From Octopus vulgaris (Eukaryota): 64,000 bases of DNA. Below the pieces are notes generated by a model. That model searched no databases, was not told the origin of the DNA, and saw only the letters and a list, made by a program, of their open reading frames with translations. Position 1 is the stretch's first letter; each line of letters begins with the position of its first letter. The stretch is taken from the NCBI GenBank assembly GCA_951406725.2, contig OX597818.1, positions 18,600,001 through 18,664,000 of the forward strand, read 5' to 3'. The position numbers were made by a program, and so were the translations under genes. Positions 54,483 through 64,000 of the stretch are shown here, one piece after another.

Positions 54483-55177
54483 GCATACACACATGCATGT
54501 ATGTACGTGTTTATGTATGTGTGTATGTATACGTACATGCATATATATGTATGCAGAGATAGCCTATCTAAAATTAGAGTCGTGTTGCTTCTGTGCCAAA
54601 CAGTAATGTTGCGCGCATTTAACATTGTTATAGATTAACAAAAGCAACAACAGCAGCCTGCAACTATGGTTTGCAGCTAACGATAACAGCTTACGGCTGC
54701 ACACCTATATTAGGTATGTTTGCTCGTACCAACTTTTCTTCCAAGTAAAAACAGATGACTGTATTGTTTGTTGTAAAATCAATATTGTCGGAGAGAGAAA
54801 AAGAGAGAGAGAGAGTGAGTGAGAAAGTGAGCGAGAGAGAGAAAGAGAGAGAATGTGTGAGATGGAATGAAAGAGAGAAGAGGTTTTAAATGAAGTTAGC
54901 GCGAGATATCTCGGTGAAGGGTAGGAAGAAGAGAAAAAAATTTAAATAAACATAAGATAAGACAAGACAAAACAAAGGAAAATAAATAATAGCAAAAAAA
55001 ATAAAACAAAATTAAAAGTAAAAAAAAAAAACAGACCTCTTTCCGTTTCCTATCCTCGTCCCGTGCGAATCGTCTTTCGGTTCCTATGTTAGATAATATC
55101 ATCGTAAAATTTCATAAAAAGAGCAGAAAATCAGAAATAAGGTGGTCGGTAAAATTTAGAAGAAACATATAAACAAA

Positions 55178-55253
<76 letters not shown>

Positions 55254-55333
55254 TTTATATATATGTATATTATATATATTATATATATATAATATCATAT
55301 ATGTATATAAATATATTTATATACATATATGCA

Positions 55334-55378
<45 letters not shown>

Positions 55379-55481
55379 GTATATATTTATATATACATAC
55401 ATATATATATATAAATAAATACATATATATATATATGTATATGTATCCTCAGTGTTGCATAAATATGCATTACTTTTAGCG

Positions 55482-55551
55482 CCCTTACTGAAGAAGCACA
55501 GGTGGCAAATTAATATATTTGCACATTAATGCAGAAACTCGTGTGTAAGGG
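55482..55551 (+). ncRNA. Hammerhead motif with extended stem II, probably inactive (GUG site)
   Basis: ccctta-CTGAAGA-A-gca...gcaaat/atttgc...tgc-A-GAAA-ctcgt-GTG-taaggg. Confidence 0.62.
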
Positions 55552-56129
55552 TAACTATTAAAGTGTTTTCATTCTCCTTGAAATTACTCTTATTAGTGGT
55601 TTGGACTCTTACCGCCCTTTCTAGCATTAAAGATGTCTTGTTAAAGTCACCTCTTTTGTGTATAAAAACGTACACTAATTTACATACATATATACATTCA
55701 TATATATGTGTATGTACATGTTTATATATGTATATACGCATATCTATATATACATATATACATACACGCACGCACACACATATATATAAATATATATGGT
55801 GGTGCCCCAGCATGGCCACGACCTTCGGGCTGAAACATTTTAAGGATTTAAGGATATATACATATGCATATATGGGTACAGGACATCACCAACAATAAAC
55901 AAAATGAAAAACGAAATCAAATGAGTTAAATGCGCAAATAACGAGAGAAAAAAGGACAAGTAATACAAAGAATTACCCTTCATCAGTTGTCGGCTGTCTA
56001 TCTACTCCCCATTTTGACACACACCCATGTATGTATCTACCTATGTGCTTATGTATGTATGTATGTATGTATGTATGTATGTATGTATGTATGTATGTAT
56101 GTATGTATGTATGTATGTATGCATGTATG

Positions 56130-56214
<85 letters not shown>

Positions 56215-56217
<3 letters not shown>

Positions 56218-56405
56218 TGTGAAGTTGGTACTTCTCGCCGACGTAACAAAGCGGTTCGGCAAAGAACAGATTGATACAATATGTAGCAGGTTAAAAAAGA
56301 GCAAGCACTCTGGGCAGTTTGCTCGACTAAAACCCTTCCTTTCAAACTTTGTTCCACTCTGACTACTGGCCAATGGCTGAAACAAGTAAAAAACAAAAGA
56401 CGAAA
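56215..56405 (+). mobile_element. SINE family B 3' half
   Basis: gcggttcggcaaagaacagattgatacaata...gctcgactaaaaccctt...ctgaaacaagtaaaa. Confidence 0.75.
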
Positions 56406-56880
56406 GAAGAAAGAATACGAATATGTGAGATATTTTTTGTTTTGTTTTTCACTTAACTTGTATCGTGATGGAACGAAAATAAATGCCCGTTATTGCTATC
56501 GAAGATTATCTCCAAGTCACCCCCGTTATCAGATATAGTCAGTTTGTGAAAATGTACAGCTGTAGTTACATTGCGCAGTGCAAACATTTAAACATATGGA
56601 CTCTCAAATCAATTTTTTATTTAGATGCTACAAGTTGTTCGATTAACTAAGTTACAGATACAGTGCATCCATCAGTTTTCTACAGTTTGCCCTCTACCAA
56701 AGTTTATTTACAGAGGCTTGAGTTGATTCAAGAATATGAATGAGGCAAACATTCAGCGATGCTTGTTTCAGTATGTTGCTGAACTGACAAGACCTAAATC
56801 GGCTCGAAACTATGGTGAAGACACTTTGTCCAATATGTCAAGCAGTCCTATTGAATCTGGATAGCATGGTTATGAAACGA

Positions 56881-56933
<53 letters not shown>

Positions 56934-56935
<2 letters not shown>

Positions 56936-57362
56936 CGCAGGAATGGCTGTGTGGTACGTAGCTTGCTTACAGACCACATGCTTCTGCATTCAGTCCCACT
57001 GCGTGGCATCTTGGGCAAGTATCTTCTATTATAGCCTCACGCCGACCAAAGCCTTGTGAGTGGATTTGGTAGACGGAAACTGAAAGAAGCCCGTCGTATA
57101 TATGTATATATATATGTATGTATATATATATGTGTGTGTGTGTGTGTATATGTTTGTGTGTCTGTGGTTGTCCCCCCAACATCGCTTGACAACTGATGCT
57201 GGTGTGTTTACGTCCCCGTCACCTAGCGGTTCGACAAAAGAGACCGATAGAATAAGTGCTAGGCTTACAAAGCATAAGTCCTGGGGTCGATTTGCTGGCC
57301 TAAAAGCGGTGCTCCAGCATGTGCGCACTCAAATGACTGAAACAATTAAAAGAGTAAAGAGA

Positions 57363-57364
<2 letters not shown>
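56934..57364 (+). mobile_element. Complete SINE family B copy
   Basis: tRNA-like head ggcgcaggaatggctgtgtggta...cattcagtccca, internal (TA/TG)n, tail gactgaaacaattaaaagagtaaagagag; (TA)n on both sides. Confidence 0.92.
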
Positions 57365-57400
<36 letters not shown>

Positions 57401-57442
57401 TCTCTTTTACTCTTTTAGTTGTTTCAGTCATTTGAGTGCGCA

Positions 57443-57875
57443 CAAGTGTTTACAGTAACACAGTTTCCGTGATTTTCCATAAGATTTAGTATAAGCAATT
57501 TGGTATTCCATAGATGCAGGACTAGAAACGACGAGTTTGCAAATAGATTTTACAAGGCGATGAGCCGAGAGAATCGCCAGTACGCCGGATAAAATTCTGA
57601 GCGGCATTTCGTCAGATTTTATGTTCTGAGGTTAAATTTGACTTCATATAAAACGTAACTAGATACGTGCTGTTGCCGATTTCTTTTCCTTTTTGGACTT
57701 TCCTCTTTCTCCTTTCCGACGAAGATCTATCCTCGAAACGTCAAATCCTCTCTCCTTTTACTGAGCGTAAACTAATACATTCCTTGTACACGTACTCTTG
57801 TTGTCTGCAATTCTTAATTTTATTGTTCATTTATTTAAATTGACTATATATATTCCCTAATATTATTATTATTAA

Positions 57876-57940
<65 letters not shown>

Positions 57941-58374
57941 TAATTAATAATAATATTAGGGAATATATATAGTCAATTTAAATAAATGAACAATAAAATT
58001 AAGAATTGCAGACAACAAGAGTACGTTTACAAGGAATGTATTAGTTTACACTCAGTAAAAGGAGAGAGGATTTGACGTTTCGAGGATAGATCTTCGTCGG
58101 AAAGGAGAAAGAGGAAAGTCCAAAGAAGGAAAAGAAATCGGCAACAGCATGTATCTAGTTACGTTTTATATGAAGTCAAATTTAACCTCAGAACATAAAA
58201 TCTGACGAAATGCCGCTAAGAATTTTATCCGACGTACTGGCGATTCTCTCGGCTCATCGCCTTGTGAAATCTATTTGCAAACTCGTCGTTTCTAGTCCTG
58301 CATCTATGGAATACCAAATTGCTTATACTAAATCTTATGGAAAATCACGGAAACTGTGTTACTGTAAACACTTG
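57443..58374. repeat. Long inverted repeat, arms about 437 bp, centred on (TA)n
   Basis: 57443-57880 is the reverse complement of 57939-58374 with only a handful of substitutions. Confidence 0.97.
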
Positions 58375-58707
58375 AAGTGTGTAGAATGCATCAAACAAGT
58401 AAATAAACAGAATTTGATTAAAAAGGAAAAAACAACACGTTAGCACTGTCCGTGGTGGTCTGATTGTATCTTTTACGGGAATGCTCGATAAACAACAGAC
58501 AAATTATACTTCAGACGCCCAGTGTTTCTTACTAGAAAAAAAAAAACATTTAGTAATAAATCTTTTTGATAAAGCAAAGGGTGATAATGTTAAAAGTTAT
58601 GTGTCTGTGACCCACGCATCTTCCCTCTGGTTAAAAACAGCTTTGGCAATAGCAACGAGCAGGATATCGCATAAATAAAGGAATACATGAATGAATGAAT
58701 GAGTTAA

Positions 58708-58750
<43 letters not shown>

Positions 58751-60084
58751 AAGTATTGGGTCTCTACATCACTTGCCTTCTCCGAATTCAAAAATGTTTA
58801 AAGTGACGAAAAGATCGATGATGTGATTGTGACCTAAGAATCTTAACTGGTTTCGTTGTTTCCGTAACACAATGTCCTTGAAATTGGATTGCCTCAGTCA
58901 ATTTTGACACCTTATCAACCAAGGAAATTTCAATAGTGAATTATTTAAAATTTATTCCTGGTTACATATGTCAATGATAAACGTTGTTTTCATGTTATTG
59001 TAAAATGTTTATCCGTATTAGCACTTTTATTTTGAAAACTGGAAAAAAGTAAAAGAAAAATAAAAGAAAAAAACAAGCTCAGAACGCTTGTGAAAATGTT
59101 TGTCATCAGCAGGTCATGTTGAAAAGCATAGATTATCGAGTAAACACAATGCAAAATACGATAAATCAACTAAATAATGTATACAAGTAGTAGATGAAGC
59201 GGACTACGGAATACATGTAAAATAATTTATCGAAACTCTATATTTTTGTTGCGTAACAAATGTAGTTCATGCCTTTGATTACCAAAGCGAATTTTCCGAT
59301 GTAAGGCTTCGTATCATTTTAGGACTTTCATATTTTCTCTCGTGCGACATTCTTTGAAGGAGAAGAGCTCAAAAGTCAGTGAGTTACAGACATGCAATGG
59401 ACCCCGCACTACTTTTGGTATTATGGCTGAGGTTGTTTGGGATCTTAGAGTAAACAATGGGATAAGGTTTGAACAGATCGCAGTACGCCTCAGGTTTCTT
59501 CGGATTTTATGCCTTGTCTTATATTAAAGGAAAATTGTTCTCCGAGTTAGACAAAAATGTAACTTGGATAAAAGGGAGCTGAATTTTGACAAAATTGTTC
59601 AGAAACTATTCTTAATGGCGCGACAAATATATAGTGTTTACAATATATTGGCAACAATAAAACAGGAGTGATTTCTGCTAGCCTTCTACGCTTGTCATAG
59701 ATGCCCCAAAATCTTCATATTTAAGATAAAATGGTAGATAGTAAAAGACAAATGGAAAATGTCAACATCTCATACACAATATAAAGAAAATATGCATTAT
59801 CCTTCATTGTATCCAAGTTTTCAAAGGTCTAATAATATAACTAGTATTCATTGTACACCCCCCCAAAAATAATAAAACCCCAACACATAACAATCATGAT
59901 GTAATGAAACATCGACAATAATTAAGATCTGCTGTAAAGGTTAGACTATGCTTTGCTGATAATGTCAAATAAAGCCTTACTCGACTCAATGGCACGTTTA
60001 TCAGATAAATTTCTAATTCAACAAAACATTTAGCAATTTGTCACGAACTAATATAATATAATATTATTTGTTTGTATTTACGTA

Positions 60085-60129
60085 TGTTTGAATGAATGTA
60101 TTTATACATATGTATAAGTGCGTGTGTAC

Positions 60130-60165
<36 letters not shown>

Positions 60166-60176
60166 ATATATATGTA

Positions 60177-60214
<38 letters not shown>

Positions 60215-60246
60215 TAAACATGTATGCATGTTTGTGTATGTATACG

Positions 60247-60277
<31 letters not shown>

Positions 60278-60324
60278 CTATAAATATGTATGGATATGTG
60301 TTTGTATGTATACGTATATATATA

Positions 60325-60369
<45 letters not shown>

Positions 60370-60388
60370 ATATATATATACATATACA

Positions 60389-60419
<31 letters not shown>

Positions 60420-60566
60420 GTATATACATCTATAAATATATATGCATATGTGTTTGTATGTATACATATATATATGCATATATATATATATATGTCTGTA
60501 TATATATATATACATATACATATATATATATATATATAACACACACATATATATATACACACAAAT

Positions 60567-60645
<79 letters not shown>
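60085..60645. repeat. Long compound (TA)n/(CA)n tract
   Basis: Direct reading. Confidence 0.97.
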
Positions 60646-60648
<3 letters not shown>

Positions 60649-60960
60649 TGAAGGTGCAGAAATGGTGTACTCCGAATGAATAAGGCGATGTAATCTGATG
60701 GTAAAAAGAATTCAGCGAATTAGGTGCTCCACGTGTGAAATGTAGGCGATTTTTATCCCCGCCTTCCTTTTCTGTTGGACTTTCCTCTCTCCCCTACTTG
60801 TGAATAAGAGCTTTGCTCGAAAAGCAAAACAATCCTTCTTTCCTTCTCTGAGAGTCTTATTTTAAAACTTTGCGTGTATCGCGCCCTTGCGTTGTTGCCT
60901 TTTTCTTCTCCGTTTATTTTTATTAGTTATATATATATATATACAAATATATATATATAT

Positions 60961-61011
<51 letters not shown>

Positions 61012-61768
61012 AATATATATATATATAGTGTAATAAATAAAATATATGCATACATACAAACATATATGTACGTACCTACATCTACATGTAGTTATACATG
61101 CCTATATAAATATATATACGTAGGTACAGGACACCACAAATAGACGTAGAACTCAACGAGAAACGAAAACATAAAAACAGCATGGAACGGACCATTCCTT
61201 TAACAACGAAAAAACAGAGTACAAGACAACTACACAAGGAAAAAATCCCCTTCATCAGCCGTCCCTAGTTCAACTCCAGCGTGTTTCGAAGGTGAAGACA
61301 GAACACGTCTCCCCGAACTAATCTTTCCTGCGAAAGAATTAAATAAAATTCCTTTGCAGAGGGGTAAAAATAAGGAAAAAAAATGTGACAAAAACAGGAC
61401 GTAAAAACAATACAATTAAAAACAAATACAAAATAAAAATACAATTACAAGAAATACAGTACAAGAAGGAATAGAAACAGGACAGGAAAACAAATAAAGA
61501 GGGCCTATAAGCCTAGACGAGGAAAAAAATTATTTCACGACCGCAGGAAAAAACATGCTTACTTTATATATGTGTGTATATACTAACATAATGTAAATTG
61601 AGTAACGCAACGTAATGTGTGTTACGGGGAAGATTGCTAAAAAGCCAAAGCGATGTAAATTGATTAAATACAGAAATAATGAAGATTGACCAAGAGTTGG
61701 TGTAAATGTATCCCTGCTCTATAACCTTGAGTTGGAAATCGAGCAGAGAACTAGGAAGAGAGTGAGGA

Positions 61769-61826
<58 letters not shown>

Positions 61827-61839
61827 GAGAGAGAGAGAG

Positions 61840-62580
61840 TTATCCGTTGTCACCTGGATGTTCGTAAACGTTGGCGAATCGTAATATATGTTGACAGCTT
61901 TCTACTAAATCCACGCAACTAACAGAAAGAGAGTAACAATAGTAGTTCCTAATCACCTTGCGTTCCAGCTGCCTCGGCCATATACTCTCGGGCATTCGCA
62001 TTCTCAAGATGTTGAGTATCCCAATAAGCAACATATAGTTCCAGTATAATGGCAATAGTAGAAATACCGACATATCTTGGGTCTGGCAATGAGACGAAGC
62101 CCGTCACGCCCGCTGACTATCACGTGTTTAGATTAGCTTCGGACAAGGAGACTGCTGAGATTATAGTCGCGCTGAAAGGATATTATTGTGGGAGAAGTTA
62201 GAAATGGGAGCTATGATGTTGGATTGGGGCAACGACAGAAAGAGAAGATGCTCCTAGGGAAGGACAAAGTGAAGAGATAATAAATGACGACAAATGAGAG
62301 GCAGTTAGTCGGATAGTGGTCACGAAGCTTGTGACAAGACAAGCGTTTGATATGATGAGTAGTGTGAAAGAGCGGTTTGGGTAAGTGAAGATTGGTTTTC
62401 CGCATCGGAAATTTGCAGAGACATGCTTTGAGTTTGGTGAATCAATGTCATGATTGTGGCTACGGAGACAGTGGACAGGAAGGAATTGGATGTAGGGTAG
62501 GGAGTGTTTTTTGAGTGGGAGAATTGTGTGTAGGAAGATCAAAATAGAATTATATGGATCTGTTGTTTGGCTCACAGATG
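61840..62580 (-). pseudogene. Decayed Penelope-like RT thumb/GIY-YIG remnant
   Basis: TDPYNS...LKKHSLPYIQFLPVHCLRS resembles the region at 30700-30830; purine-skewed plus strand as in that copy. Confidence 0.55.
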
Positions 62581-62781
62581 TTTTGACTATTTTTTTTTAA
62601 ATAAACAGTTTGAAACTTCGTATACTGGTGGAATTTCTCACGCAGAACACGGTTTACTTTGAACATTTTTGATAAAATTTCGCATTTTAGAAGTTATTTC
62701 GTGTTAAAGTTGTCCCATTTGGGTAATTTTAACCAATCGACGACGTATATTCAGTTGAAGAAAGCTACTGCTATTTATATA

Positions 62782-62817
<36 letters not shown>

Positions 62818-62819
62818 CA

Positions 62820-63017
62820 CGCGGCGAGCTGCCTGACACGTTAGCGCGCCGGGTGAATTGCTTAGCGGTATTTCGTCTGTCGTTACGTTCTGAGTTCAAA
62901 TTCCGCCGAGGTCAACTTTGCCTTTCATCCTTTCGGGGCGATATTATCGACCTAATCCCTTCGTCTGTCCTTGTTTGTCCCCCCTATGTTTAGCCCCTTC
63001 TGGGCAATAAAGAAATA
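62820..63017 (+). mobile_element. SINE family A, young copy with internal deletion
   Basis: gcggcgagctg...ttctgagttcaaattccgccgaggtcaactttgcctttcatcctttcgggg...aataaagaaata. Confidence 0.9.
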
Positions 63018-63134
63018 TGTATATATTTATATATATATATATATACATACATATATACATACACATACACACACATATATATATGTGTGTGTTTTTATGT
63101 ATGCATGCATCTATGTACATATTTAATGTGAGTG

Positions 63135-63350
63135 TAAGGTGTGGTGTGTAGTTGTCTTTATGTTTGTCTCCACGCCGCGTGACAACCGATGTTGGTTCGC
63201 TTACACCTCCGTAACCGAGCGGTCTGTCATAAGTAAACTATAACACAAGTACCACGGGGTCGATTCGTTTGACTAAAGCCCGTCGAGGCGGTGCCCCCAC
63301 ATGGCCGTACTCCAGTGTTTGAATCAAGTAAAAACAACAATAAACTAAAA
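63135..63350 (+). mobile_element. SINE family B 3' half
   Basis: gacaaccgatgttgg...ggggtcgattcgtttgactaaa...ggcggtgcccccacatggcc. Confidence 0.75.
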
Positions 63351-63519
63351 GAAACTGCCCTGTCTTAGTGTCCTACTGACATTATTTCTAGAATATCGTA
63401 GAAGAAAATTGCTTACAATTGCTTTTCTTTTCACATCATATGTTCACATCAACTGTTATAGTAACTTATACAAAAATTTATATAGCTTTCTTTATCTTCT
63501 TTCTCAGGCGGATGAAGCT

Positions 63520-63950
63520 CGTAGGGATGATGATGATGATGAGGTTGTTGAAAGTGGTAAGTCTGATGTTGTTGGGGTGGTACTTGTGGTGGTGTGGGGT
63601 GATGTGGAGATGAATGTGATGATAGCGACAATAACGACGACGATAAAGTGACGGTGGTGGTGATGGTGGTTGTGAGGGTGGTGATGGTGATGATGATAAT
63701 AGTTGTGGTAGTCGTGATATGCTAATGAGTGATTACGATGATACGATGATGATGATGATGATGGTTCTGGTAGAGGTGGTGGTGGTAGTGGTGGTGGCGG
63801 TGTTGGTAAGATCGCTGGTGTTAGTGCTATTGCTACTGCTGCTGCTGCTGATGTTGACATTTTGATAGCGTAGTGACGGTGGTGGTGCTGTTGTTGTTGC
63901 TGCCGCTGAGGATACTGAATGTGATTATTATTATTAATATTATTATTATC

Positions 63951-64000
<50 letters not shown>
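63520..64000. repeat. Degenerate mixed trinucleotide tract (GAT/GGT/GCT/ATT)
   Basis: Direct reading. Confidence 0.95.

Noticed and set aside
54634-54713. Possible 80-bp exon (tatag|att...tag|gtatgt), open in two frames
   Set aside because: Weak polypyrimidine tract, no recognisable peptide and no partner exons; needs RNA-seq.

Overview
AT-rich, microsatellite-saturated eukaryotic DNA (intronic or intergenic). No host protein-coding gene, rRNA, tRNA gene or CRISPR array can be supported, and nearly every ORF in the supplied track is translated (TA)n/(CA)n/(TATG)n/(GATA)n/(TAA)n repeat. The repeat landscape resembles octopus DNA (recognition from memory, not a search). It includes three tRNA-derived SINE families, Dong/R4-type LINE tails in (TAA)n, six Penelope-like (RT/GIY-YIG) remnants, a full-length decayed DD34D mariner, maT/Tc1-like, hAT, pogo and Helitron pieces. 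The main unexplained signal is a dense set of type I hammerhead-ribozyme motifs: about 10 readable and several more decayed. They lie in short non-coding inserts, often in inverted pairs, and each family has its own palindromic stem III. One is fully canonical (17796-17848). One family carries a compensatory G3-C8 core swap (GUGAACA) inside a perfect 279-bp palindrome (46201-46479). Others carry A6U or U4C core variants. A (TA)n-anchored double inverted duplication (57320-58374) and a nested dimeric SINE with an 18-bp TSD are also clear. All coordinates were read by eye; boundaries of decayed elements are approximate.
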